Assembly: GCA_021399345.1 (NCBI GenBank)
Contig: JAAFKI010000112.1
Coordinates: 155,557-219,556 of the forward strand
Direction: 5' to 3'
Source: Candidatus Heimdallarchaeota archaeon
GTDB taxonomy: Archaea; Asgardarchaeota; Heimdallarchaeia; Heimdallarchaeales; Heimdallarchaeaceae
Length of the DNA: 64,000 nucleotides
A model generated the notes under the pieces. The model ran no database searches and was not told the origin of the DNA. It worked only from the letters and a program-made list of their open reading frames with translations. The position numbers and the translations under genes were made by a program. Below, piece after piece: positions 40,651 through 50,996 of this stretch; within the stretch, counting starts at the first letter, position 1, and each line of letters opens with the position of its first letter.

Positions 40651-41724
40651 ATGAAAAGTACTTCATGTGGAATTCAAATACCGTATTCTAAAGCTGAAAA
40701 CATTCTAAGTATTCTTCGGCAAAATCGAATTATTAACTTAGACTTGGAGTTTATCAGGAAAGATGAAACCATTGTAATCCCAGTTATTACTACCCAAGAT
40801 AATCTCAGAAATTTATTAGAATCAACCGTTATTGATTTTGATTACAACATTGATAATTTTATTTTTACTAAAAAAGAAAAACATCCTAAGAATCTGTTTG
40901 AAGCTGTACAGGATACCATTCCTGAACATTTGCATGAGTATATTCCTAAAGCATATGATATTATTGGAGATATTATTATTATTGATGTTCCAGAAGAAAT
41001 TCTAACTTATAAACCTGAATTTGGTAAAGCTCTTCTTTCTTTATTTTCCTCTATAAAAACCGTTTATAGAAAAGCTTCAGCAGTTTCTGGTGAATTGAGA
41101 ATAAGAGAGATAGAATATTTATCTGGAGAAAAAAAATGTGAAACTATTCACACCGAACATGGGATAAAGATAGCTGTTAATGTTTGTGAAGCATATTTTA
41201 GTCCCCGACTGGGACATGAACATAAGAGAGTTGCAGATCAGAGTAAAGAAGGAGAAGTCATCATTGATCTTTTCTCGGGAGTAGGTTCTTTTCCATTACA
41301 TATTACCAAACGTAAGAGTTCAACTGTACATGCGGTTGATATAAATAAAGAAGCATTGAAGTGTTTAGGAAAATCAATTAAGATTAACAATCTTATAGGA
41401 GTGATAATACCAACACTAGGTGATTGCAGACGGATAGCAGACACATTACCAAAAGCTGATAGAATTATAATGAATCTACCAGGTAAAGCTCAAGAATATA
41501 TTGATGTAGTATGTAGAATTGCAAAACCTAGCAGTATTATCTATTTCTACCAATTTGTTTCATCTTCAAGTCCTTTTGAGGATATGAAGGAGATACTAAA
41601 AGAGAAACTAAAAGAACAGAATTGGATAATAAAAGAGATTATAAGTTTTGAAAAAATAAGAGAAAGTGCGCCTAGAGAGATTCATGCTTGTTTAGAAGTT
41701 TCAATTATTCCTCAACATAAATAG
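40651..41724 (+). CDS. trm5: tRNA (guanine37-N1)-methyltransferase Trm5 (Met-10+ family)
   Basis: AYDIIGDI, GELRIR, YFSPRL..EH.R, DLFSGVGSF, DRIIMNLP. Confidence 0.9.
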   Translation: MKSTSCGIQIPYSKAENILSILRQNRIINLDLEFIRKDETIVIPVITTQDNLRNLLESTVIDFDYNIDNFIFTKKEKHPKNLFEAVQDTIPEHLHEYIPKAYDIIGDIIIIDVPEEILTYKPEFGKALLSLFSSIKTVYRKASAVSGELRIREIEYLSGEKKCETIHTEHGIKIAVNVCEAYFSPRLGHEHKRVADQSKEGEVIIDLFSGVGSFPLHITKRKSSTVHAVDINKEALKCLGKSIKINNLIGVIIPTLGDCRRIADTLPKADRIIMNLPGKAQEYIDVVCRIAKPSSIIYFYQFVSSSSPFEDMKEILKEKLKEQNWIIKEIISFEKIRESAPREIHACLEVSIIPQHK

Positions 41725-42127
41725 TAACTTTAAGCTGGGAATCAGAATTTTTTAGCTTTTTAATAATATCCTTAGAAATATTGCAAGCTGCTTTATTAGC
41801 TTTGATAGCTAAAGTCTTGGGGCAAGTATACGCGCTTTTTCTTACAATGATTGCACTAGAATCAGATAATTGTAAATTTGGATTACCATGTCCTAATATT
41901 TCTTCAATATCCTCCCCTATTTGAAGAACGATTTTGATTTGGCTATTTTCTCTTCTTATTTTCTCTTTGAATTCTTCTGGTAGATTCTTCAGACTAAGAG
42001 ATGAATTTACTCCAACAATGCAATCACCCTTAAGTGATAAAAATGAATCAGTAGTGAATTCCATAGTGGATTTATGAGTAGAGATGATATTCTTGTGACC
42101 ACGACAAGTAAAGGATACAGGATTCAT
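41705..42127 (-). CDS. DUF371 family protein
   Basis: GHKNI.STHKSTMEFT, GDCIVGV, G.P.L, IIVRKS, ANKAA. Confidence 0.9.
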   Translation of the reverse strand: MNPVSFTCRGHKNIISTHKSTMEFTTDSFLSLKGDCIVGVNSSLSLKNLPEEFKEKIRRENSQIKIVLQIGEDIEEILGHGNPNLQLSDSSAIIVRKSAYTCPKTLAIKANKAACNISKDIIKKLKNSDSQLKVTIYVEE

Positions 42128-42281
42128 TAAGAGAGATTCAGAAGATTACTTAACAAAATTTCGCTTAAGGTGAAAAACAAGTAGAAACAACATTGTTTCT
42201 GCAAATAATTTAAATTACACCATCTTCTAATTAGAAAACGTTATAATTATATATGCTCAAATCTGTCGTAGGTAGACGTTT

Positions 42282-43496
42282 ATGTCCCAAGAATTAACTT
42301 TAGAAAAAGCCTTTGAATGGTTTAATAGTCGAGTATCTTCATCTTTTTCTAGTTACAGAAATAGTGCATCAAAACAAATTAGATCTATTAACGATAAAGT
42401 TGAGGAATTAAAAAGTTCTGCACATCGTTTTGATTACTCTGATATAAAGGATCCTGATGTTTACCAAAATTATGCTACAACGATTTATATCAAAACCAAC
42501 GAGTTATTTGACGATTTAGAAATTCCTGAAAACATCACTTATAATAACCTTGAGAATTTTGCAACTGTTACAAAAAATAAAGTAAATTCGTACTTGAGTT
42601 TTCTTTCAAAGTACTTATCTTGGTTGAAAAGAGATAGATCTTACAAAGATAAAGTCAAAAGCTTGGATAGAACTCTTACAAGACTTAAAGAAGAAATACA
42701 TCATTTTGAATCAAAAACTATGGTAAACTATTCAGAGATTATTCCAAAAGAGAAGGTGCTAGATGACATTGAAAATCTTACTCATTTAGTACAAAGGGAC
42801 AATGAACTCGAAGAAGAAATAATCTCACATGCAAATGAAGTAGAGAAGTTAACTAAGGAAATTGACAAGCAAAAGGAAAAACTAAATGAATTGAAAAATC
42901 ATCCAGGTTTCATCCAAAGAGAAAATAACTTAAAGGAACTAGAACACATAGAAATTTCAATTTCCAATAAAGTTTCTGAAATTAAAAAACTCTGCAATAA
43001 GGTGCTTAGAGCATCAGATAATAAGAAAATAAGCTTGGATAATTATGATAAAGATATAATGAAGGGTTTGATAAAAGATCCTTTAAGTCTTTTCATTAAA
43101 GAATCAGAAGGATATCGAGGAATTAAAGCAGCTCTTCAGACTCTAAAAGAAATAAGCCTTGACCCTTCAATTCAGATGAAGAAAGAAAAACTTCAAAGAG
43201 CATTTGATAATATTGATGAAATAGTTAATAATGAGCTGTTAGAAAATCAGAAGAGAGCTCAATTCATTATAAAACAAAATGAAGCTATAAATCACAAATT
43301 TGAAGATATGCAGCTTTTTGTTAAAATAAAGAAATTTGAACAAGAAATTGATAATCTTACAATTGATAGAAACCGGATAACTCTCTCACTTAGAAGAGAA
43401 AAAGAAGAAATTGATGATAAAATTGCATCTATTTCTAAATCTATTGAGGAGAGAATCGTTGAATTCACTGGTAAGGAAATGAAACTGGTATTCTAA
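42282..43496 (+). CDS. Long coiled-coil protein of unknown function
   Basis: E/K-rich heptads across most of the 404 aa; no Walker motifs. Confidence 0.8.
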   Translation: MSQELTLEKAFEWFNSRVSSSFSSYRNSASKQIRSINDKVEELKSSAHRFDYSDIKDPDVYQNYATTIYIKTNELFDDLEIPENITYNNLENFATVTKNKVNSYLSFLSKYLSWLKRDRSYKDKVKSLDRTLTRLKEEIHHFESKTMVNYSEIIPKEKVLDDIENLTHLVQRDNELEEEIISHANEVEKLTKEIDKQKEKLNELKNHPGFIQRENNLKELEHIEISISNKVSEIKKLCNKVLRASDNKKISLDNYDKDIMKGLIKDPLSLFIKESEGYRGIKAALQTLKEISLDPSIQMKKEKLQRAFDNIDEIVNNELLENQKRAQFIIKQNEAINHKFEDMQLFVKIKKFEQEIDNLTIDRNRITLSLRREKEEIDDKIASISKSIEERIVEFTGKEMKLVF

Positions 43497-43788
43497 AATT
43501 GTGCATTTAACCTTCAATAGATTATTTTTCCTTATGGCAGAAATCTTAATTATTGTAAGCATTTTTACAAGGAAAAAATACTGTATATCGGAAAAATTAT
43601 GGCAAAACTTCCGACAACAAAAAAGATATGAGAATATATTTTACAGCAAAAAGAAAAACTAGAAGAGCTTCAATCTAGAACATTCTCTTGCCCAACCAAA
43701 TAAGTTTAAAAACAATGTTGAGATAAACGTACAAGTAATAGCTGAATCTATAAAGTAAAGCTAAGCAAACAAAAAGTAGGTAACACAG

Positions 43789-44178
43789 ATGGCTTTTGGA
43801 ATAACATTCGAAAATAAAACAAATGAATTAAAGACTACATTAAGTGATCTGAAAATTAAAGTTCCTGAAATTGAGAGCGCAGCAATTGTATCTATTGAAG
43901 GATTACCTATAGCTTCAGTGCTACCACAGGAAATTGAAGAAGCACGTTTAGCTGCAATGACTGCCGCAATGCTTTCCCTAGGGGAAAGGGTAGCTCAAGA
44001 GATGCAAAGGGGAGAATTAGAAAAAATTTTCATTGAAGGTGCTTACGGATACATTATTACTTTAGCTGCAGGACAAAATGCTGTTTTAACTGTTTCAGCT
44101 AGAAAGGAAGCAAAATTAGGTTTAGTTTTTCTGGATATGGCTAGAGCAGCTCAAGAAGTTGAACGACAACTTAATTGA
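43789..44178 (+). CDS. Roadblock/LC7 (MglB-like) protein
   Basis: IESAAIVSIEGLPIAS, AAMTAAMLSLGER, IEGAYG, AKLGLVFLDM. Confidence 0.95.
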   Translation: MAFGITFENKTNELKTTLSDLKIKVPEIESAAIVSIEGLPIASVLPQEIEEARLAAMTAAMLSLGERVAQEMQRGELEKIFIEGAYGYIITLAAGQNAVLTVSARKEAKLGLVFLDMARAAQEVERQLN

Positions 44179-44303
44179 TTTTACCTCTTTCCATCTTATT
44201 TCATTCAATACAAACTAATGTTATTTATTTTTACAACGAAAACTATTGTCATCTTACGAAAAACCTTTAAAAACAATCACTTTTCAGAATTTGAGCTGAA
44301 CAA

Positions 44304-45212
44304 ATGGGAGAATTAACTGATGAACAATTTGCAGGCGATGAATTAGTAGTAAAGCTAGGTAAATTAGAGGAAAACATTACTGTTCTTAAGAATCAAAGAA
44401 ACGAATATAACCAGCTCACAAAAGATTCTCTTGGATTAAGAAATGAAATTAATGAAGAGATTCATCAATTATTAGAAAAAGCTAAAGAATTTACAGTTAA
44501 ACGTGATGATTTAAACACTCAAGTTAAACAATTAAAGCTAACACGAAAAGAATTGTATGAAGGTTTACAAGTTAATAAGAAGGCTCTAGAGGAAATTGTA
44601 GAGAAAGAGAAACTCCTAGAAAAAGGGGACATTCAAAAAAAACGAAGAAGTATGAGCAATCTTAGCAGCAAGATAGACAAATTGGAATGGGATTTGCAAA
44701 CAAGTGTTCTGAAACCTGAAGAAGAGAAAGAGATGATTCAGATTTTGGAAAAACTCTCTGAAAATCTAAATAGATTAGCAGAAGAAGTTCATATCACAAC
44801 CCATCAAACCGAATTATGGAGAAAAATTTCATCCTCCCAAAAACAAATCAATCAACTACATTCTCAAATAGTTGATTATGCAAAAGAATCCCAAATTTAT
44901 CACAATCTAATGAATCAACAGTTTCAACAAGTTAATGCTTTAAGAAAAAAAGCAAATGACTATCATAAGGATTTCTTGAAAAACAAGAAAAAAGCAGATA
45001 ATTATCATAAAGATTTTCTTTCAAAGGTTACAGAAAAAAATGAGCTGAAGAAGCAACTAAAGGAAGCTCAAAACGATCACAGAAGAAAGATTAGAGAGAG
45101 AATCAAATCCAATATACAAGAAAGTGTTGATAAAGCATTCAAGAAATATGAAAATGGAAAAAATCTATCTCTTGATGAGTTTAGATTGTTAGTAGAAAAT
45201 GGAATGATTTGA
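44304..45212 (+). CDS. Archaeal coiled-coil protein (COG1340-like)
   Basis: RNE.N / RDDLN repeats, LEWDLQTSVL.PEEEK, AD.YH, C-terminal GKNLSLDEF. Confidence 0.85.
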   Translation: MGELTDEQFAGDELVVKLGKLEENITVLKNQRNEYNQLTKDSLGLRNEINEEIHQLLEKAKEFTVKRDDLNTQVKQLKLTRKELYEGLQVNKKALEEIVEKEKLLEKGDIQKKRRSMSNLSSKIDKLEWDLQTSVLKPEEEKEMIQILEKLSENLNRLAEEVHITTHQTELWRKISSSQKQINQLHSQIVDYAKESQIYHNLMNQQFQQVNALRKKANDYHKDFLKNKKKADNYHKDFLSKVTEKNELKKQLKEAQNDHRRKIRERIKSNIQESVDKAFKKYENGKNLSLDEFRLLVENGMI

Positions 45213-45339
45213 AATAGACAATCTTGTATCTATTAGGTTAATTTTAGAAAAGGTAACTAAAAATAGGATTAATAAAGTGGTGTTCCTAAAATCATTCGCA
45301 ATCATTTGAAAATGTGAAAATCTCAAGTAGGTTTATTTT

Positions 45340-46110
45340 ATGCGATTACTGACACCCAAATTCATCTACAAAATATATGCGAAAAGACTTTCTGCTGAAA
45401 TAAAAAACAAACCTATTCCAAAACATATTGGAATTATCTTAGATGGAAATAGAAGAGCTAGTAAAATGATGGGTATTGATTATAAAACAGGTTATGAACT
45501 TGGTGCTGAAAAACTTGAAGAGGTTCTTAATTGGTGCTGGGAATTAGAGGTTGAAGTAATTACCTGTTGGGTATTCTCAACTGAAAATTTTTCACGACCT
45601 AAGAAACAAGTAGAAGCCATTATGAAACTTGCAGTTGAAAACTTGAGAAGAATCAGAGAGGACAAACGTATAGCTACAAATAAAGTAAAAGTAAATGTTT
45701 TAGGAAGATTAAACCTACTACCTAAAAATGTACAGGAAGAGATAAAATTAACAGAAGACGCAACCAAAAATCACGATAAATATGTTCTCAATCTCTGTAT
45801 GGCTTATGGTGGTCGTGCAGAAATTGTGGATGCATTGAAACAGATATTAGATAAAATGAAAGAGGGGAGTATTAGCATTGATGATGTTGATGAAGAATTA
45901 ATTAGTAATCACTTATACACTGACGGTATTTCAGATCCTGATTTAATCATTAGAACTTCGGGAGAAGAAAGATTGTCAGGATTTCTTTTATGGCAATCAG
46001 CATTTTCAGAATATTATTTTGCAGAGGTTAATTGGCCGCTTTTTAGAAAAATAGATTTGTGGAGAGCAATTAGAACATTTCAAAGAAGACAGAGAAGATA
46101 TGGAACTTAA
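45340..46110 (+). CDS. uppS: cis-prenyltransferase (polyprenyl diphosphate synthase)
   Basis: PKHIGIILDGNRR, FSTENFSR, YGGRAEI, DPDLIIRTSGEERLSGFLLWQ, RRYG. Confidence 0.96.
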   Translation: MRLLTPKFIYKIYAKRLSAEIKNKPIPKHIGIILDGNRRASKMMGIDYKTGYELGAEKLEEVLNWCWELEVEVITCWVFSTENFSRPKKQVEAIMKLAVENLRRIREDKRIATNKVKVNVLGRLNLLPKNVQEEIKLTEDATKNHDKYVLNLCMAYGGRAEIVDALKQILDKMKEGSISIDDVDEELISNHLYTDGISDPDLIIRTSGEERLSGFLLWQSAFSEYYFAEVNWPLFRKIDLWRAIRTFQRRQRRYGT

Positions 46111-46123
46111 TTTTACTCTAGTT

Positions 46124-46903
46124 TTATTCGTAAAAATCATCTCTTTGACCCCAATCTCTCTCTAACAATGCGATTAGAGTGTCAATGTTGTGGCCTGTAT
46201 TTGAACTAATAGGGAGCAATTCACCAGTGGATTTAAACTGTTGTAAAATATCTATAATGCTCATACCTAGTTGTTGAGATAAGGAAACAATACCACTTCT
46301 CTGTAAATCGGTAACTAATGATTCTGGAGAATCAATCCAGTTATCTAGATTTTCCATTTGAACTTTTTCAATTATATCAGACTTTGATATAGCAGTTATT
46401 TGTGGTAAAGCCAATTGAAATGCAACTGAAACACTGAGTAATAAGATACTGGAAAATCCTTCTGGCCTTAAGGCAAGAGAAGGATCAATTAAAAAGATAG
46501 AAGCTGGTTGACTACCTTCAGCTATAACTGAGGAAACTAACCTTCCACTGCTTCGGTAAGCAAATAACTCAATTTGACCAGGTGTATCTACAAGTAAGTA
46601 TTCTGGTTTAATATAATCAATCTCATCGCGTATAGTGTCAATTTTTGTTGCAATAAGGTCCATACTGGCAATCATAGCACCATTTGGTCCCAAATCTAGT
46701 TTATCCATCAAATTATCTATATTCACAATGTCTCTTGCATCTATATCAGGATTGTAGGGTAATCGTCTAACTCCCGCATCAAGATTAAGTGTAATAACAT
46801 CTAATTTTTTCTCGTTGAACCAATCAAGAAGGGTTCTTGTTAAAACTGTTTTTCCGCTACCAGCGGTACCTAACAGAAAAATTGTATAATATCTATTTGC
46901 CAT
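46124..46903 (-). CDS. GPN-loop GTPase
   Basis: GTAGSGKT, NLDAG, LGPNG, DTPGQIELF, SKSD. Confidence 0.95.
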   Translation of the reverse strand: MANRYYTIFLLGTAGSGKTVLTRTLLDWFNEKKLDVITLNLDAGVRRLPYNPDIDARDIVNIDNLMDKLDLGPNGAMIASMDLIATKIDTIRDEIDYIKPEYLLVDTPGQIELFAYRSSGRLVSSVIAEGSQPASIFLIDPSLALRPEGFSSILLLSVSVAFQLALPQITAISKSDIIEKVQMENLDNWIDSPESLVTDLQRSGIVSLSQQLGMSIIDILQQFKSTGELLPISSNTGHNIDTLIALLERDWGQRDDFYE

Positions 46904-46908
46904 TTTAT

Positions 46909-47700
46909 CTATTCCTCCAAATCCATTACTCTAGCTTCAGTAAAATTGTTTTCAAAACATTCTCTTAGTTTCTTTATCGCTGTCTTGACCTGAGTTTTAG
47001 CTATATCACCAAATCCTGATATATGAATGACAATCCCTTGTTTATCCTTATAAGCAGGATGAGATTTTATGTATAGATCCTCAAATTCATCCTTTAGCTC
47101 TTTAATAAAAGGAGCAAGTTGACTCTCTGCACAGCCAAAAATCTGAAACTTCTTCTCAAATAGTTCACTTCGATTCAATTCCTTTAACTTAGGAATGACA
47201 TGTCTATCCATAATATCTTTCATCTCAGTTGGTACCCCTGGTAAACAATAGATACCCATTTCTTTATATTTGAAATAGCATCCAGGAGCACTTCCGACAT
47301 CATTATCAAAAGCTATCGCTTCAACTGGAAGATAAGCCATTTTCACTCGATCCTCAGTTAGAGATAGGTTTCTCAATTCATAAAAATCCTTTATTTGTTT
47401 AAGAGCTTTAGTATTTTTTACCAATTCTATACCTGTTGCCGTTGAAAGAACTTCTAATTGGATATCATCATATGTTGGACCAAGACCTCCTGATACAATA
47501 ATAATATCAGGTTTTCTTTCGAATAATTCAAGAAAGAATTCCACAGCTAATTCCATATCATCTCGTATGCAAGTAACTCTTCTAACTTCTATTCCTAGCC
47601 TTGTAATATTTTCACCGATGAACGTAGCATTTGTATTGGTAGTTACACCTATTAATAGTTCATTTCCTAAACAAACAATTTCAGCTGTTGGTAAATCCAT
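46909..47700 (-). CDS. Stand-alone CinA N-terminal / COG1058 (molybdopterin-binding-like) pyrophosphatase
   Basis: GNELLIG..TNTN, SGGLGPTYDD, GSAPG, LPGVPTEM, IKSHP; no PncC domain. Confidence 0.88.
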   Translation of the reverse strand: MDLPTAEIVCLGNELLIGVTTNTNATFIGENITRLGIEVRRVTCIRDDMELAVEFFLELFERKPDIIIVSGGLGPTYDDIQLEVLSTATGIELVKNTKALKQIKDFYELRNLSLTEDRVKMAYLPVEAIAFDNDVGSAPGCYFKYKEMGIYCLPGVPTEMKDIMDRHVIPKLKELNRSELFEKKFQIFGCAESQLAPFIKELKDEFEDLYIKSHPAYKDKQGIVIHISGFGDIAKTQVKTAIKKLRECFENNFTEARVMDLEE

Positions 47701-47712
47701 AAAGAATCCCTA

Positions 47713-48786
47713 CTAATTATCTCGATTTACACCTTTTTTCGCAATTTCTCTGAGATATTGCATATATTTCTGATCTAGTGCTGGTTCAGCTTTTTCTAGA
47801 TACTGCAGACTTGATTTATACAATTCTTCAGCTTTGCTTTTTGAGTATTTCAGAGCACCTGTAGTTCTGAAAATCTCTCTGACAGATTCTACATCATTAT
47901 TACTAACATCTCTATTTCCTACTATTCCTTCCAGAGTTTCTCTTTCTGAATCATCTGCAAATTCAAGAGCTTTAATTAGTAATAGAGTTTTCTTCCCCTC
48001 TTTGATATCACTATCAATGGGTTTTCCAGTTTTTTTAGCATTTCCAAATGATCCGATTATATCATCCACAATTTGGAATGCTATTCCTGCATTTTTACCA
48101 AAAAATCCCAGATTATCTATTTGAGATTCTGTAGCATTTGCTAAGATTGCACCCATCTTGGTAGCTGCATTAAACAATGCGGCTGTTTTGCCTTCAACCA
48201 TTGTTAAATAATCTTTTTCTGATACATTGAATCTTCCCATGAGGTCGGTTTCTATTATAACTCCACGAACTACTTTAAAGAATCCTTCATTAAATTCTAA
48301 AGATGCTTTCAAAACCGTTTCTGGAGGGAATTCATTGACATGAATGGCATTATAAGCCATGTTATAGGCAAAGTCGCCGCCCAATATACCCATTGAAACA
48401 CCAAAATCTTCGTGGTTCTGGATGGTATCACTATAATTCTGTTTAGAATATAGAGTTAGAACTTTGTGAAAGGCTTTTTTACCTCTTCTAGTTTCAGCAT
48501 TGTCCATGATATCATCATGTATAAGGCTTGCATTATGTAACAACTCAAGAGAAAGAGCAACTTTTATTATTCCATTTTCATTTATAGCTGGATTAACTGC
48601 TGCTCCTGATGTAACCATTAGAATTGGTCTAACTCTCTTTCCACCAGAGAAAAGAAACCGTTCTATCTCATCATAGTAAAATTGTAAAAAATCGTTTTTA
48701 TCTATTGCTACGGCATTTTTGTACATGAATTCTTTTAATGAAGTATCAATTTGTTTCACCAAATTAGCATAATAAGAAAGAAACAT
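47713..48786 (-). CDS. trans-polyprenyl diphosphate synthase (IdsA-like)
   Basis: GGKRVRP, FARM ASLIHDDIMD..RRG, KTAALF, SARM FQIVDDII, SDIKEGK. Confidence 0.95.
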   Translation of the reverse strand: MFLSYYANLVKQIDTSLKEFMYKNAVAIDKNDFLQFYYDEIERFLFSGGKRVRPILMVTSGAAVNPAINENGIIKVALSLELLHNASLIHDDIMDNAETRRGKKAFHKVLTLYSKQNYSDTIQNHEDFGVSMGILGGDFAYNMAYNAIHVNEFPPETVLKASLEFNEGFFKVVRGVIIETDLMGRFNVSEKDYLTMVEGKTAALFNAATKMGAILANATESQIDNLGFFGKNAGIAFQIVDDIIGSFGNAKKTGKPIDSDIKEGKKTLLLIKALEFADDSERETLEGIVGNRDVSNNDVESVREIFRTTGALKYSKSKAEELYKSSLQYLEKAEPALDQKYMQYLREIAKKGVNRDN

Positions 48787-48903
48787 AATTATCGTCCTAG
48801 AGTCTGTCTGATTACAGAAAGAGTGCCACTATTAAATTTTTGTTCTTTGTGTTACTATAGATATCAAGCACAAGATATTTGAAATACCAAAAAAAGAGTT
48901 TAA

Positions 48904-49545
48904 TTGAATAAGATGGTTGACACAACAAATTTTCAGGATAGTGCAACAAAAATAGAGGAAAGGCTTCTAAAAAATGACATTAGAAGAGAAGAATTACTGA
49001 AATTATCAAGAATAATAATTAAATATTCTGGGCAAAGTATAGAAAATTTCCACCGAGGTAAAATACTTCAAGCTAAAGAAAAGTTGGAAGAAGCAAAAAA
49101 TGAATTGTCCAGAGTTAACAAGATACTGAAAGAAAATCCAGCACCTTATAACATTGGTATCATTGGTGTAGCTATGCAGGAGTACACAGAAGCTCGATTA
49201 TTTTATGATTTGATAGAAAATAAGAAATTTACTCCTGTAGAGGATCTTGAAGTTACAGATTCATCGTATTTATTAGGTATAGCAGATCTCATAGGTGAGC
49301 TTAGAAGGTTTATTTTAGAAAACCTAGTAGAAGGAGATATTGATACTGCAAAATACTTCTATGGCATAATGAAAGAACTATATGGAACTTATCTGCAAAT
49401 TGAATTTGGTAAGAATCTTATACCAGAATTACGAAGAAAAAAGGATACAGCACGAGTACTAGTTGAGCGAACATTATCAGACCTCTTCGTTGCACAACAA
49501 AGCAGAAACTTAGAAAAGAGATTGGATGAAAAGAGCAAAGATTAA
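48904..49545 (+). CDS. Archaeal translin/Trax (C3PO) family protein
   Basis: REELLKLSR, QEYTEA, YLLGIADLIGELRR, LRRKKD; start probably ATG 48913. Confidence 0.9.
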   Translation: MNKMVDTTNFQDSATKIEERLLKNDIRREELLKLSRIIIKYSGQSIENFHRGKILQAKEKLEEAKNELSRVNKILKENPAPYNIGIIGVAMQEYTEARLFYDLIENKKFTPVEDLEVTDSSYLLGIADLIGELRRFILENLVEGDIDTAKYFYGIMKELYGTYLQIEFGKNLIPELRRKKDTARVLVERTLSDLFVAQQSRNLEKRLDEKSKD

Positions 49546-50930
49546 TCTTTGTCTATTACGATACAAATTACTCCAACATCCATAAGATTAGTTCCAGTAT
49601 AACCAGTTATGAGTTCTCCTCCATATTTTTTGAAGAAAAAGTTGGTATTATTTTCAGCTAATGTTTTTTCCGCTTCTTTTTCTTTTTCTTTGTCTGAGAT
49701 TGTAAATGGACCAACTATAGCCCCAGCTGCACTAGAATTTCCATCAATACCATCAGTTCCTAAACTAAGAAAATAGATCGCTTCAGTATCTTTGGTAGAT
49801 AAGGCAAAAGACATTGCCAATTCCTGATTTCTTCCCCCTCTACCTCTTAACGAAGATAACTTTACAGTAGTCTCACCTCCAAACAGTAAATATTGAATGG
49901 TTTTTCTTTCTTCTTCTAAATTTGCTAAAAATGTACCTGCTATACTAGCAAATTTCACTCCCATTTCTTTTGCTTCACCTTGGATTCTGTGATCGATAAT
50001 TTCAGAAATTGCATTAAGCTTAAGTTTTGTGTTCAACAGTTCAAGAAGACCAAGATTATCTCCAACAAGATAGTTTTTCACATGAGAAAAATCTGCTAAA
50101 TCAGAAGAATTTTCCTTTAATGAGCTATTTAATCCTCTTTTCAATATTTTTCTGACTGGGTCTGAAAGAGAAGAATTAAGAGAATACTTCTCAAAAACAT
50201 CAGCACAATCTCTCCAAGTTGTATTATCAGTAACAGTTGGACCAGAAGCTATGGTTGAAAGATCATTACCTACAACATCAGAAATAACTAATGTTACCAT
50301 TGAGGCATCTGATAATGCAGCGAGCTTACCGCCTTTAATTTTTGAATAATGTTTTCTTATTGTGTTAAGCTCAGAAATGGAAGCACCACATGATAACAAA
50401 ATTTCCACTAATTTTGAGTATTCTTCAAGAGATAAACCAAAATCAGGATATTCAAGAAGTGCACTACCACCACCAGAAATAAGGAATATACACAAGTCTT
50501 TAGAGGTACTTTCTTTCAGTAAAGAAATAACTTTTTCAGCTGCATCAAGACTATTTTGATCTGGTTTAGGGTGACCAGTTTTATGAAAATGAAAATTATC
50601 GAGATTAGGCAAATCTGATATTTGATCATCGGGTGATACGAGAATAATACGAGAAAAAGACCTTGTAAAACGTTCTAAAAACCATTTAGACATGGTTTGA
50701 GAAGCTTTTCCAAAAGAAATCAAGTAAAAGTTCTCATAGGAATTTAAATCGTAACTGTCATCTTTTATTACTAATTTATCATCGCTGAATGAAATGAATG
50801 AAGACAATAAATTTTTTGGTTGCGCTTGTTCAAGAATAAATTCTACAATATCTACTAAGGATGTTAATATCTTTTCCTCAGAGAAGTTCCTCGATAGTTT
50901 AACTATTGAAGATCTATTCTTGACAAACAT
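49542..50930 (-). CDS. Glycerate 2-kinase (MOFRL family)
   Basis: GKAS, GHP.PD, LISGGGSAL, KGG, SDVVG, GGETTV, GGRNQE, GTDGIDG, TGTNLMD. Confidence 0.95.
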   Translation of the reverse strand: MFVKNRSSIVKLSRNFSEEKILTSLVDIVEFILEQAQPKNLLSSFISFSDDKLVIKDDSYDLNSYENFYLISFGKASQTMSKWFLERFTRSFSRIILVSPDDQISDLPNLDNFHFHKTGHPKPDQNSLDAAEKVISLLKESTSKDLCIFLISGGGSALLEYPDFGLSLEEYSKLVEILLSCGASISELNTIRKHYSKIKGGKLAALSDASMVTLVISDVVGNDLSTIASGPTVTDNTTWRDCADVFEKYSLNSSLSDPVRKILKRGLNSSLKENSSDLADFSHVKNYLVGDNLGLLELLNTKLKLNAISEIIDHRIQGEAKEMGVKFASIAGTFLANLEEERKTIQYLLFGGETTVKLSSLRGRGGRNQELAMSFALSTKDTEAIYFLSLGTDGIDGNSSAAGAIVGPFTISDKEKEKEAEKTLAENNTNFFFKKYGGELITGYTGTNLMDVGVICIVIDKD

Positions 50931-50996
50931 ACAATTTGATTAAGTCTAGAAATTTTAAGAAGGTTTCTAAGTTATTTTGACAACTTGTTAGATTGC

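Noticed and set aside
42282-43496. SMC/Rad50 or ESCRT-III call for the coiled-coil protein
   Set aside because: No Walker motifs, zinc hook or recognisable Snf7 pattern.
43497-43788. Short TTATGGCA repeats and a ~42-codon ORF in the intergenic region
   Set aside because: The repeats are short enough to arise by chance in AT-rich DNA, and the ORF has no recognisable features.
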